Shown here in pieces: positions 10,818 through 22,248 of a stretch of 64,000 nt of DNA (the first letter of the stretch is position 1; every line of letters begins with the position of its first letter). The DNA is from an uncultured Hormoscilla sp. (lineage in GTDB: Bacteria; Cyanobacteriota; Cyanobacteriia; Cyanobacteriales; Desertifilaceae). Both the position numbers and the translations under genes were made by a program. The notes below the pieces were generated by a model, which was given only the letters and a program-made list of their open reading frames with translations, ran no database searches and was not told the DNA's origin. The stretch lies in NCBI GenBank assembly GCA_963921275.4, contig OZ001293.3, positions 896,001-960,000 of the forward strand, written 5' to 3'.

Positions 10818-12590
10818 ATGATGGTGCTCAATTGGCTGCAAAAACCGGGACAGAAGGTGGCTTACGCCTGGCTTTGTATTTTTTTGAGTTTCGCCCTAGT
10901 CTGCACGCTGCACAGGTACTACAGCTTTTACGCCAGCTTCGATCAGGGGATTTTCAACCAGGTCTTCTGGAATGGGATGCATGGTAACTTCTTCGAGAGT
11001 TCCCTGTCTTCGAGTCTTTCTACCAATGTTGTCCATGCTGGGGATGTGCCGGACGTATCTTACCACAGGTTGGGACAGCATTTTACTCCGGCCCTGCTGC
11101 TGTGGCTGCCAATTTATGCCCTGTTTCCTTCCGCAGCTACTTTAACGGTATTGCAGGTGACCCTGCTAGGGTTGGCGGGACTGGTTTTGCACGCCTTGGC
11201 CAGACAGCATCTGCTACCCCAGAAGGCTGGCATGATTACTCTGGCCTATTACGCTGCTAATGCGGTGCTGGGTCCGACTTTGGGGAATTTCCATGATAAT
11301 TGTCAGTTGCCCCTGTTTGTGTTCGGACTGCTGCTAGCAATGGAAAAACGCTGGTGGTGGCTGTTCTGGCTGCTGGCGGTTTTGGTGTTGGCCATTCGGG
11401 AAGATTCGGGAATTGTTCTGTTTGGCGTCGGTTTCTACCTGGTTGTCAGTGGCAGATATCCCCGGGTTGGTTTGGCAGTCTGTACCCTCAGTTTTGCCTA
11501 TATGCTGATGCTGACTAATCTGATTATGCCCCTGTTTTCGGCAGATATTTCCCGTCGCTTCATGATGGAACGCTTCGGTCAATATGCTACGGAGGCGGAA
11601 GCTTCGACTCTGGATATTATTTGGGGGATGATCTCTCACCCCCTGCGCTTGGTGCAGGAATTGTTCACCCCCTTTTTTAAGACGATTAAATATCTTTTGG
11701 GGCAATGGTTGCCTTTGGCTTTTGTCCCCGCCTTTTCTCCGGCTTCCTGGTGTATCGCTGGCTTTCCCCTGCTCAAATTGTTTTTAGGTCAAGGAGAGTC
11801 GGTCCTGGCTATTAATATTCGCTATGCTTTAACTCCTGTGCCGGGACTGTTTTATGGGGCGATCCTCTGGTGGGCGGGTAAAAGTGATTTTCGCCTCTGG
11901 TGGTTTAACCTCTACCCCCACCCTCACCCTCACCCCCACCCACACCCTCACCCCCACCCCCACCCCAGCCGCCCCACCCTAAAGGGATGGGGCTACAGTT
12001 ACAAAGCCCGCCTGCGCGGGCTTCAGAATCATGAGGAGTTAAAAAAGCCTAAAGCTGTTTCCCGTTCTGTGCGCAGGTTTTGGACAGTCTGTATTGTCCT
12101 GTCGCTGCTGTTTACTCTCACTTCTAATCCGAATCGCACTTTCTATTTCTTGATTCCCGATTCTTTCCAACCCTGGGTCTATGTTAGTTTAACCCGACAA
12201 TGGCAACATGTGAGTCATATCCGCCCCATGCTGGCAGAAATTCCTGCTGATGCTAGTGTGGCTGCTACTACTTATATTGTCCCTCATCTTTCCAGTCGCC
12301 GGGAAATTGTTCGCTTTCCCGCCCAGTTGCGCCTCCGCAATGATGATGGTCAAATTGTTTATGTGGATTATTGTCTGGCAGATCTGTGGCAGCTACAGGA
12401 ATATCAGCTGGCTTTTAAGCGCGATCGCCTGCAATTGCAGCAGGGAGTGCAGCTTATAGATGATATGCTGGCCAATAATACCTATGGGGTGATCGACTTT
12501 GCTGATGGGGTAATTTTGCTGCAAAAAGCTGCCCAGTCCGATGCCAAGGCATTAGCTGCTTGGCGGGCTTTCCGTCAAGCAGTTAAGTAG
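10818..12590 (+). CDS. DUF2079 family membrane protein (GT-C-like) with in-frame repeat insertion
   Basis: FDQGIFNQVFWN, LGQHFTP, NFHD, REDSG motifs; many TM segments; (HP)n plus REP insert at ~11913-12022. Confidence 0.85.
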   Translation: MMVLNWLQKPGQKVAYAWLCIFLSFALVCTLHRYYSFYASFDQGIFNQVFWNGMHGNFFESSLSSSLSTNVVHAGDVPDVSYHRLGQHFTPALLLWLPIYALFPSAATLTVLQVTLLGLAGLVLHALARQHLLPQKAGMITLAYYAANAVLGPTLGNFHDNCQLPLFVFGLLLAMEKRWWWLFWLLAVLVLAIREDSGIVLFGVGFYLVVSGRYPRVGLAVCTLSFAYMLMLTNLIMPLFSADISRRFMMERFGQYATEAEASTLDIIWGMISHPLRLVQELFTPFFKTIKYLLGQWLPLAFVPAFSPASWCIAGFPLLKLFLGQGESVLAINIRYALTPVPGLFYGAILWWAGKSDFRLWWFNLYPHPHPHPHPHPHPHPHPSRPTLKGWGYSYKARLRGLQNHEELKKPKAVSRSVRRFWTVCIVLSLLFTLTSNPNRTFYFLIPDSFQPWVYVSLTRQWQHVSHIRPMLAEIPADASVAATTYIVPHLSSRREIVRFPAQLRLRNDDGQIVYVDYCLADLWQLQEYQLAFKRDRLQLQQGVQLIDDMLANNTYGVIDFADGVILLQKAAQSDAKALAAWRAFRQAVK

Positions 12591-12932
12591 GGTGGGCGGC
12601 ACATACGAAGCGTCTATATAAAAGGAGCGTCTGAAACCCTCATCCAGTAAGGGATATAGCCCTTTTATCCTCAATGAACGAAACACCTGCCCTGTAAGGG
12701 TTTCAGCAGTTTTCTTGAATCTTACCCTCGAAGAGTGCCGGGTGGGCACCGCCCACCAAATGATTATAAGTAGGGTGGGCACCGCCAGCCCTTTCAACGT
12801 TAACTTTAAAACTCTAGCTAGTCCCTTATCATTTCTGTCAACTAAAGGGAGGTCATCTAGCGGCTGAAATTCTTGTCTGGTAATGCTTTCAGCCTCAAAA
12901 ATTAGTGGCACTACTTGGCAGCGACTTAGCTT

Positions 12933-14337
12933 TTATGTTGCATGAGCTTTAAGCAGTCTTGATGTTGACAGATGACGATGTTTTCTATCGACAATGAGAG
13001 GACTTCGTTTCTTTTTGGCTCCCCGAGGTGTTTTCACAAAGCGTTTGAGTTTAACCCTCGCGGCGCACTGCTGGAGCCATTCAGCCATTTGGGTATTTGA
13101 ATAAGCCCCAAAGGGTTCCCACTCTGGTGGTGGGATGGCAATCATCATGCCATGGCTGCGCCACGCTGCGCGATCGGTAGGTGCCTTGAATCTCATTCAC
13201 CAGATAGAAATCTGACAACCCTGCTTCAATTTTTCCAACACCGTGGACAGTTCCCAAAGCAGCTCTCAAAGTGGCCAGGATGTTATACGCAATTATTGCC
13301 ATGCAATAAGAAAACAAAGCTGCCTTGGGATATGCGAGAGTGTTAATTTCACCATTGAAGTTTTCCGTCACCGTAAAAAAGAGGGTTTCGATGCCCCAAC
13401 GATCTTTATAGAGCTGAGCAACTAGGGCAGGTCCAGCATCGCTAGTTGGCAAATTGGTCAAAATTGCGATAAGGGTATCTCCATCCCGAGTAGGATTGAA
13501 TAGCTTCAGGACCACCCTTCTACAGGGCAACAGTTTATCTCCATACCGAATTGACACCTGCTGTTCAAATAATTCTCCAGTCTCCGTTTTACCCATCGCT
13601 TGTAATTCACTTCTTGGTTCCCAGCTCAATGAGCCATGTTGACGAATTACAAAGTAAGCGTTTTTGTCAGCTAAGCTAGTCAAAAATTTAGCGGTGCAGA
13701 AGTTGCGATCTCCTATCCAAACGTCTTGGGCTTCAACTCGTTCTCTAACCTGCTCTAATAATGCTCTCTCTTGGGTATAGGCATCCTCACAAGGAAACAG
13801 ATCTATGACCAGTTGCAGAGTCGGGTCTAACACTACCAGCGCTTTACCTGGCAATGGTTTAGCCGCATAAGAGCGAATGGGCTTCAACCGATGAGCTGTT
13901 GCAGCTAAACAAGTACCATCCAAGATTTTTAGCCGGTATCCAGGTAATAGATTTTGCTGTTGGACTCCCATCAATTGAATTAAATTCTTCAACTCTGGCG
14001 CCGTTTCTCTGATTAATGCTTGAGAGACATTCGGTTCGATTCCTTGCAGTTTGTTGTACAATGCCGTCGTGCTGACACTTAACTCTGCTGCTTTGCTTCT
14101 GTAAGCTGCATGAACTGAAGGGTGTATTCCACAGACTACTAAACTCATCAAATCTACCTGGCTCGAAAAGAGCAAATCTTGTTGGTATTGGTTGGACGCA
14201 TATTGTTCAAATAAATCATCCATGCGTTCAGGGGCAAACACTCGTTCCCTTAACCCTCTTGCCATAACTTTTACTGGGCTATCGGTGACAAATTGATTAA
14301 AAATGGTGGATAGCATCATCTGTTTTCCGACGTGCAA
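12933..14337 (-). mobile_element. IS4-family transposase, frameshifted near the C-terminus by a 22-bp insertion
   Basis: ILDGT, IGDRNFC, LYKDRWGIETLF (YREK-like); C-terminus continues in ORF 12933-13196. Confidence 0.85.
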
Positions 14338-14858
14338 TGGTTGATAACAACATCAGAGAGTTAGATATTTTTGAAGTGAGGCCCCAAGCGTAGTGAATAC
14401 TTTAGTCTATGGCTGTTCTCATTTCATTATAATACAACCTGCGACTAGGCGTATCTTTCTTGTGAGATATTTTCTGTATTTTAGCTGTAAAAGCAAATCC
14501 GATAGCCGATCAAACGCCAGCTGCTTCACAGAAAATTTCACCCCTGGTGTCAATGTTCGCCCCTGCATCCCACCCCTAGTAATCCCTTAGTCATACTATA
14601 GAGATTACTAGGGTAAGTATTAATACAGGTTGAAAGGGATGGGTGGGCACCGCCTAGGCTGTTCACTTTGGGGGGATTTTCCCTCCTTAAGTTCATGCAT
14701 ATTCTGTGTCTTGCCTCGCCCCCTGAAAAACAGCTCGACGCTTTGCCAGGGGGGACAGACCAAAGACAGAGCGATACCAATCGGAAACTGCCGCAAACGA
14801 GACCGTTTCCAGCGCTGCTGAGATCAGTTCTGCCGTCAGTTTGGCGGTGAGGAGGGGG

Positions 14859-14914
14859 CGGTGTCACTTGACAACCATGAGATACTATCGTCTCATGGTT
14901 GTCAAGTGACACCG
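14859..14914. repeat. Perfect 24-bp-arm palindrome (miniature inverted-repeat element)
   Basis: CGGTGTCACTTGACAACCATGAGA-TACTATCG-TCTCATGGTTGTCAAGTGACACCG. Confidence 0.9.
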
Positions 14915-15039
14915 TAGGGTCAAAATCAAGTGACCTCTAGGGCTAAGACCTCCACTCTCCGGTGGCCTCTCTGACCAAATGCTGCCAACGAGCTTGGGAA
15001 ATTCCTAAGACACTCCATAATTTTCTTGCTCCCAATTCT

Positions 15040-16061
15040 ATAGTCATATACTTCACTTGGTCAGGATTTGAGCTTTATCGATAATTTTAAATTTCAGATT
15101 TAGCAGAGATTTAAGCTCTTCTTTATGGACAGTATGAGCGTTGTCTATTGTAGTAGTGATTGCTGATTTGAATGCGTTTTCATAATCTTGAGAATTTCAA
15201 CATTGTTTTTTGAACCATTTCCACAATCTCTCTATTAAATTTAAGTTAGGAGAATATGAGGGCAAATCTAATAAATCTATATTGAGTTCTTTAGCCTTCT
15301 CCCAAACTAAATTGCATTTTTGATATCGGGCATTGTCCATAACTAATCAAATTGGTATTGAGGGCAATGCGAATTTTTGACAAGAATTCGCAAACGGTTT
15401 CCGCGTTGATATAGGCATCATTAGTTACAGTTATTACTTCGGAAGTAATAGCATTTAAAGCTCCTAAAACATTGAACCTTTTTCGACCGTTTTGATAAAA
15501 ATTATCTTAAAACACCACAAAAATCCCAGAAAAGCTCCCATGACAAAATGCGCTGCAAAAAAAACTGCTCTTGTCCCCTCACGAGCCTCTGTCAGTATAG
15601 GTTATAGGATTTTTTCTTTATATTCTTGTTGTATATCTGGGTCAGCTATCAAAGGTATTTGTCCTACTTTTCGGTCATCGCATTCCTATCTTTAACATCA
15701 ACTTCCTTACCTGAGTAATACCACGTTTTATACCGGTCAATTTTTCTATTCTTGCCGCTGCTTCTTTTATCGTTGCTGGCGGATCCGGATTGAAAATTTT
15801 CTCGAATAATTTTTTCAAATTTTATCAACTCGCGGTTTGTATATGTTAAATTCTGCCAACCATCCCACCTTCTAAATATTCATAAAAATCAGTCCAGTAT
15901 TTTGAGTTATCCGTATCGGACCTGGCTATTTCTTTATGAGAAAATTTTTGACTTTTTAGCCAGATAACATCAATTTTTTTACGAACTCTTGGGTGAGGAT
16001 GGTGAAATTTTAAATAATTCAGTTGTTCTCGTTCTTCTTCACTAAATGGGATATTAATCAT
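15040..16061 (-). mobile_element. IS630-family transposase remnant
   Basis: FHHPHPRVRKK...HKEIAR N-terminus; MDNARYQKC and LPSYSPNLNLIERLWKW readable on the minus strand; frameshifted. Confidence 0.8.
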
Positions 16062-16084
16062 GGTCTTTAATAATTAGGCTAACT

Positions 16085-16600
16085 GCTCTCATTCATTATC
16101 ATAACTCAAAATTTTAAAAAACGCAATTCCTGACCGCGCGGAGTATATCTATGATGAATAACCAGTCGCGGCGATTTTCCCGACGGCGTTGCAGTTCGTA
16201 CAGACCCACTCTTAACACCCAAGCCGCGAATACTGCTATAGCTGAGGCAGGCCAGGGGAAAATACTGACCCAACAGGGAAAAATTCCGGGCAGCTCCCCT
16301 GAAACTGTTTAAGCTCTCCACCACGAATGCTACCGCTAACTGAATAATAAACACACCATAGTAATGGCCTCGTGCAGCAGAACACTGACTTGGCTCATTA
16401 TCTCCAGAGCCAACCTCGCTGGCAGCCGTCTGGGGAATGGCATCTGGCTTGTCGGACAGTTGCATGGCTTGATTTTTTTCGGCTGTGCGGTACTCTCGAA
16501 TGATTTGTTCGGCAGTTTTGGCCCGGCGTTACACTCGCTCTCGACTTTTCTCGCTCATCTCGAATCCAAATCTCTTGGGCCCTGAGTTTCTTTTGCAACT
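16085..16600 (-). mobile_element. Degraded transposase fragment
   Basis: HYYGVFIIQLAV...SFRGAAR fragment lying between two other IS remnants; family uncertain. Confidence 0.4.
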
Positions 16601-16649
16601 CTATGGCCCTGGGTTTCCAAAGATCGCGGCTTGGCGCCGAATTTTTTGA

Positions 16650-17940
16650 CCAGACGCTCGATTGAGCTAAGAGATCCTTGTATCATGGGGCCGGTAACAT
16701 CCTGACACAGATTATGCATGAACTCCATCCACCAGCTCAAGCCCCAGAGTGAACAGCCTAGTAGGTGCCCCCAAAAAAGTCCAACAAGTAGCAGAACTGA
16801 TAGAACAGCCCGCCCTCAATCCGAGAATACCAAGGAGACCTGTGTCAATGCCAGTCCTGTGGGTGGTCTGGCTGTGGGTGGTCTGGGTATGCTCCATGGG
16901 GAATAAAAGAAGGATTTAGTTATGGTGGCCGACGAGCGTAGCGTTGTTGGCTGGCGCTTGAATGGTGGCAACTGGAGAAAACAAGAGTATTTTGTCGAGC
17001 ATGTCTTGGGTTTACCGATCTCTCAAGGCAGCTTGGCAAAAATGCACCGGTGGTTTACGCTCGAGCTTGGAGCCTTGTTATCAACAGTGGCTCGCCTATG
17101 TACGACAACCCGGTGTGCGGTGTGTAGACGAGACCACTTATGGCATTGACTCCGATTAAGTATTGGCTATGGGTGGCCACCAGCGACTTCGTGATGCGTT
17201 TTGCTTTTGGCTCCAACTCGCAGTAGCGCGGAACTCAAGCAGTTACTAGGAGAGAACTTTTCGGGGATTCACAGAGCGTGATTGTTTTAGTGCTTATGGT
17301 CCACAGATAGCAGCAGCAAAACAGAAATGCGAGCGCCCATCCTTCACGTGACTTGGAAGCTCTGGTAACCAGTCGTTTTGCCGCCAACGTTGATTTTGCT
17401 CAAAACATCAAGCAAATTTTATGGACAGCTAGAAAAGCATATCAGGATTATCACGCTGGTAATTTAACTTCTGAACAACAGAGCGCAACAACGTCCAAGT
17501 GTAGAAGCTCAATTGCAAGCAATTTTGGAGCAACCTCCATTGGCAGGATGGCCCGCCGATGCCCAAAGACTTGCCTCACGACTTCGACGCCATTGGGATG
17601 AGTGGCGATGTCTCTGCCAGAGCTCTTGTCCCAGGGGACATGGCTGCGCCACGCGAAGCGAACGGCACACAGGAGACATCGGGTTCACCTTTTTGAGTCA
17701 TCCGGACGTTAAACCCGACAACAATGATGCTGAACGAGCTTTGCGCCCTGTAGTAGTACATCGTCAAGTCAGCGGTGGCGCCAGAAGTGATTGGGGGGCA
17801 AAGCTAGTCGCAATGATGTTTAGTTTCTTAGAGACTATGCGATTGCAAGGAGACTCAGCGGTCGCCAGTCTGTGTGAACTTTTGTCTTTGGCTGGTCGGG
17901 GTCCACCACCGATTGTACTCTACTTAACACATGTATAGGG
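16650..17940 (+). mobile_element. IS66-family transposase remnant
   Basis: CVDETTY, FTFLSHPDVKPDNNDAERALRPVVVHRQVSGG; many frameshifts. Confidence 0.85.
17606..17681. mobile_element. CGATGTCTC-ended miniature element inside the IS66 transposase
   Basis: TIR CGATGTCTC/GAGACATCG with GG duplicated; splits HWDEW|FTFL. Confidence 0.8.
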
Positions 17941-19005
17941 CTTGGAAAAAGATCGCGTTTTCTGATAACCCTACTTATTGCGAGTCGCGGTCTAGGGCCG
18001 AATGACAATCTACTTAATACTTTAGAGGGCTTGGAATTGATTTCCTTATCGTTTTCTTCAAGTCCGACTTTTTGTTGGCTGCGGTTCGTAATCAATTGCA
18101 ATCTACTTAACACTTTAGAGGGCTTGGTATTTATCTCTTTCTACCTTTCTCAACAAGCCATTATTGTTCTCGTGATTAGTTACTCAAAATTTTATTTATG
18201 AGTCGATAAATATGAGTTATATTTGCAGTTAAAATTGCCAATAATCGAAATCAATGCTTATTATCAGCTCGTAATAACGCTCAATTGAGTAAATAAGCTG
18301 AATAAATGGTAATCACTGCAAATGTTTCAGCTTTTTTAGGGCGCATTTATTCTCGAATTACTACATCTATTGGAGTCAGTTATTGCTCTAATTTTTGGGC
18401 TAGGAATAATTGTGTATGGTGCCTGAGTTTCAGATATATTATAATTTGGCGATTCCTCTTAAAAAATTGAGTTTAATCAATACTACCTTTGCTTTGTTGA
18501 CAGTAAATACATCAAACCCTGATTTCTTCGTGTAAGTAACATATGTGATAAAGTGAGGTGGAGATTGAAACCCAGACCTGGCAAAGGTTTTATTCTTGGA
18601 CAGGTCTATTGATTGCAGACACGCGAGTAGCAGATCGCAACCGTTTGAACAGGCGCTCGGGGCTATTTTGCGTTTAGTTTCACCCAGAGGCAGAACGTGA
18701 TAGAAGAGAAAAGGTTGGCTCTTAGCAGAGCCTCAATCTTGTCGTTTCCAGGCGTCCCCAAGGAACGAGAGGAAGTCATTTCCACAATATCGTCGGTAGC
18801 GGTCAGGCACCAGTGGACCTACAGAGACCAGTTTCCTGCTTGGCGGACAGCAAGGAAAGGCACCACTCCAACTGGCGGTGGTAAGATCCGATTGTAAAAT
18901 GCAAGTGAATATATAGAGCCTGTTGTCCCTGGGGGGAACCCAGCGGACATGGGCGACCATCAATTATAACCTGTAAAAGTACCCAGTTGTTGAGGAAGTT
19001 TTGTC

Positions 19006-19581
19006 ATGCTCGTCGACCCGGTTCAGATTAAACTTAGTTGGAAAGACGCGATTACAGGAGAGTTACAGGAACCAGTGTTAGAGGTGCCGATCGCCTTCGG
19101 TCGGGAATTAAACGATATGCCAGCTTCCTTGGGAGACAAAGCCGTTTCTCGAGTTGTGCTCAATAGCAAAAAAGTCTCCCGGTTCCACGCTCTGATTACC
19201 TGCGACCATCAGCAGTTGTCGATCGCAGACCGCAGCGCTAACGGCACCTTCGTGCAAAAACGGCAGCTGTATCAGACAAGTATCCCCCTCAAGGATCGCG
19301 ATATTATCAGACTGGGGCCTTACAAGATTACAATTACCCTGATGAGCGATTACGATCCTGAAGATACCGAGATCAATACCAGTCTGACAACAAGTTCCCT
19401 CGCGTCAGCATCGGCATTTTGGCAGCAACCTTGGGTAACTGTAACAATGGGAACGATTCTGGTTTTATTGATGGGAGCTGGTGCTTGGGTCTTGGCGAGC
19501 AATCTCTTAGAAAAATATCGACCCCAAGCACCTCAAACACCATCGCCCACTTCACAAAATCCTCCTGTCAGAAAAATTTAG
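19006..19581 (+). CDS. FHA domain protein with C-terminal TM helix
   Basis: FGR...VSRFHA...SANGTFV...GPY FHA motifs. Confidence 0.88.
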   Translation: MLVDPVQIKLSWKDAITGELQEPVLEVPIAFGRELNDMPASLGDKAVSRVVLNSKKVSRFHALITCDHQQLSIADRSANGTFVQKRQLYQTSIPLKDRDIIRLGPYKITITLMSDYDPEDTEINTSLTTSSLASASAFWQQPWVTVTMGTILVLLMGAGAWVLASNLLEKYRPQAPQTPSPTSQNPPVRKI

Positions 19582-21510
19582 ATGCCTCTACTTAGTTATG
19601 CCATGTTTGAGTTGAAGTTGACCCGCAAATCAAAAATCAGCCGCTGGTTCCTACTGGTGCTAGCTGGCCTTTTCTCTCTACTCCTGACTCTGACACCAAG
19701 TTGGGGCCGATCGCCTATTGTGGGAGAGTTCGATCGAAAGGCTCCGGTGGTACTGGACGGGCGAGTTTTGTTTCACGTCAACGACTTAAACTCCCTCAGT
19801 GCCGAAGAAAGAGCAGAGATAATTAATCATAAATTGGAACAGGTATTAATCGATCATTTAGATCGAGGACAAGAACCTGCTTTTTACGGGATTTCTGAGA
19901 AAAATCAAGAGACAATCCTCCGCATTAATAACCGAGAATATCTGACTGTTACCGAAAAGGACTTGAGGGAAGAAAGGACGACGGTTGCTCAGGCCAGAAA
20001 CTGGGGGCAAAAGATCGCCGATGCTCTGCAAGTAACGAAAAGCGAACGCAGTTGGAGCTATCGCCGCCAAGCCCTGCTGTTCTCGATGTTGGTGCTAGCA
20101 GGCACCCTGGCGGTTCACTTAATTTTGCGGTGGGTAAACTGGCTGTTCGATCGACAACTAAAGCGCTCTTTAGACCGAAACCAAATGTTTTTGGAGGATG
20201 GGCATAAATTTTTGCAACAATTTATGAGGTTGGGACGTATAGGGCTGTTATTCGGGATTTGGGCAGCTGTAATCCATTATATCACCGATATATTTCCGGT
20301 CTTGCGGCGCTGGCGCTACTGGCTGTTTAATCTCTTGCGTGACAGTATTACCGAGCCCATTTTTACTTCCAACCAAACAGACTATACAGTTCTGGATATT
20401 TTGGTTCTCTTGACCTTAAGTGTCGGACTCTGGTTTGTGGTCCGAAATCTGACTAAGCTGCTGAAATCCCGGCTTTTATCCAGAACCAGTATTAACCGGA
20501 ATGTACAAGATGTCGTAGCGGTATTAACCCAATATACCCTCAGCTTGCTGGGTCTGATTATCATCCTGCAAATCTGGGGTCTGGATGTTAGTTCCCTGAC
20601 TATTGTAGCTAGCGTTCTCGGTGTAGGGATTGGTTTTGGTCTGCAAAATATTGCTAATAACCTGATCAGCGGTTTGATTATCACCTTCGAGCGCCACATT
20701 CAGGAGGGGGACTTTGTGGAGGTAGGTTCTCTGATGGGCGTGGTGGAACGTATTGGCGCTCGCAGTACCAAAATTGTTACTCTAGATAAAGTCAAGATTA
20801 TTGTGCCTAACTCTCGTTTTCTGGAAAACGAGGTGATCAATTGGACTCATGACAGTCCCATCTGTCGCCTGCATGTCCCCGTGGGTGTATCCTATAGTAC
20901 GGACCCCCATAAAGTCCGCTCTGTGCTGCTAGATGTGGCGAAAAGTCATCCTGATGTTTTGGTCAATCCAGTTCCTCAAGTCTGGTTTAAGAGTTTTGGA
21001 GACAGTTCCCTCAATTTTGACCTCTTGGTTTGGACGCGGGAGCCGACAAAACAATTTCCCCTCAGAAGCGACCTTTACTACCGCATCGAACAGACTCTCC
21101 GATATCATAAGATCGAAGTACCCTTCCCCCAACGAGACTTGAATTTGCGATCGACTCACATTGATGAGTTCCTCAAAATCTTAAAGCAACCAGCATCTGA
21201 AAAGACAGCAGTCCAGTCAGAGTCTTCCGAGAAGAACAAATTATGCCAATCTGTTAACCTAGATGATATTATTAGTCAAATGCAAGGTGCAGAAGGAGTG
21301 GAAATAAAAGACCGGTGGTATCGGAGTAATTTGTATCCCGCCTGTTTTATTGGGGCGGAAGCTGTAGACTGGTTGATGAGAACCCAAAATTGTCAGAAAG
21401 AAGACGCGATCTCCTTGGGACAGTTGTTGTGCGATCGGGCGATCATTCATCATGTTTCGGACGACCTTTCTTTTATGGATGGCTATCATTTCTATCGCTT
21501 TTCTAATTAA
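19582..21510 (+). CDS. MscS mechanosensitive channel with C-terminal DEP domain
   Basis: GIGFGLQNIANNLISG, IVPNS, FGDSSLNF, PFPQRDL; DEP motif CFIGAEAVDWL...FYRF. Confidence 0.9.
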   Translation: MPLLSYAMFELKLTRKSKISRWFLLVLAGLFSLLLTLTPSWGRSPIVGEFDRKAPVVLDGRVLFHVNDLNSLSAEERAEIINHKLEQVLIDHLDRGQEPAFYGISEKNQETILRINNREYLTVTEKDLREERTTVAQARNWGQKIADALQVTKSERSWSYRRQALLFSMLVLAGTLAVHLILRWVNWLFDRQLKRSLDRNQMFLEDGHKFLQQFMRLGRIGLLFGIWAAVIHYITDIFPVLRRWRYWLFNLLRDSITEPIFTSNQTDYTVLDILVLLTLSVGLWFVVRNLTKLLKSRLLSRTSINRNVQDVVAVLTQYTLSLLGLIIILQIWGLDVSSLTIVASVLGVGIGFGLQNIANNLISGLIITFERHIQEGDFVEVGSLMGVVERIGARSTKIVTLDKVKIIVPNSRFLENEVINWTHDSPICRLHVPVGVSYSTDPHKVRSVLLDVAKSHPDVLVNPVPQVWFKSFGDSSLNFDLLVWTREPTKQFPLRSDLYYRIEQTLRYHKIEVPFPQRDLNLRSTHIDEFLKILKQPASEKTAVQSESSEKNKLCQSVNLDDIISQMQGAEGVEIKDRWYRSNLYPACFIGAEAVDWLMRTQNCQKEDAISLGQLLCDRAIIHHVSDDLSFMDGYHFYRFSN

Positions 21511-21784
21511 GAAACCCGGTTTTGACAAAAAACCGGGTTTCTGGGCTACTGGTGAAATTCTCGTGTCGTCCCAATACTTCAAGGTTTTGGATTTTATTTG
21601 TCATTGCGAGGGGGGGGGTACATTAACTTATGCTCAATTGAGTTAACCCCCCCGAAGCAATCTCATGCCTCGTCGGGGAGATTGCTTCGGGGGGCTCCTG
21701 GCGGCGATCCCTACAATGTCGGTTTGGGCTCCCCCCCTCGCTCCGGACAGGTTGTTAACCGAGAAGTATTGCGTGTCGCCCGTC

Positions 21785-22081
21785 CTACGCAACCGGGACC
21801 GTCTGCTTTACTGATGCTAGCAATGCTGATTGCTGGAGCCCTCTAGTCAGACCAGAACAACCATTTTCGCCAACCGATAACCCACCTAGCTGCTTCAACT
21901 TACTCAGTAGATCTTCTAGTAATTCAATATGATCTTGACTGAAGTAGACCGAAAAGCCCCGACCATCTAGCGAGTAACCGGGAATGTACAGCGAAACTTG
22001 ATTCAACCCCTCATGGGCCGTCAGGATGGTCATTTCTGTCCCATCCAGCTTGTAGGTAGTATCTGTCCATGTTTGTGCCAC
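21785..22081 (-). CDS. Hypothetical protein divergent from the XRE gene
   Basis: GTG start with AAGGAG RBS; 98 aa; no recognised motif. Confidence 0.5.
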   Translation of the reverse strand: MAQTWTDTTYKLDGTEMTILTAHEGLNQVSLYIPGYSLDGRGFSVYFSQDHIELLEDLLSKLKQLGGLSVGENGCSGLTRGLQQSALLASVKQTVPVA

Positions 22082-22147
22082 TTTGTTATCTCCTTATCCC
22101 CTATTGCCTCTCACCGGCTATATCCCCGGTTTTTATTTGATTTTTTA

Positions 22148-22189
22148 GTCAACATTTGATGCTAACGTAAAGTTGACGAAAATGTCAAC
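22148..22189. promoter_or_regulatory. Candidate operator in the divergent promoter
   Basis: GTTGAC-GAAAAT-GTCAAC palindrome (22172-22189) and a further GTCAAC half-site at 22148. Confidence 0.5.
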
Positions 22190-22248
22190 ATAGGGATTGA
22201 TGTTTTGTTCAAACTGGATATAAAATGTTTATGTAGTGGAGAAAACAC

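Noticed and set aside
17919..18129. Three ~28-bp repeats (TCTACTTAAYACTTTAGAGGGCTTGG) with ~60-65 bp spacers, CRISPR-like
   Set aside because: Spacers are too long, there are no cas genes or leader, and on the minus strand the repeats encode a recurring peptide (KPSKVLSRL). This fits a decayed repeat-containing gene.
18600..18910. GC-richer stretch upstream of the FHA gene as a possible ncRNA
   Set aside because: No recognisable RNA motif or convincing ORF; cannot be supported by eye.
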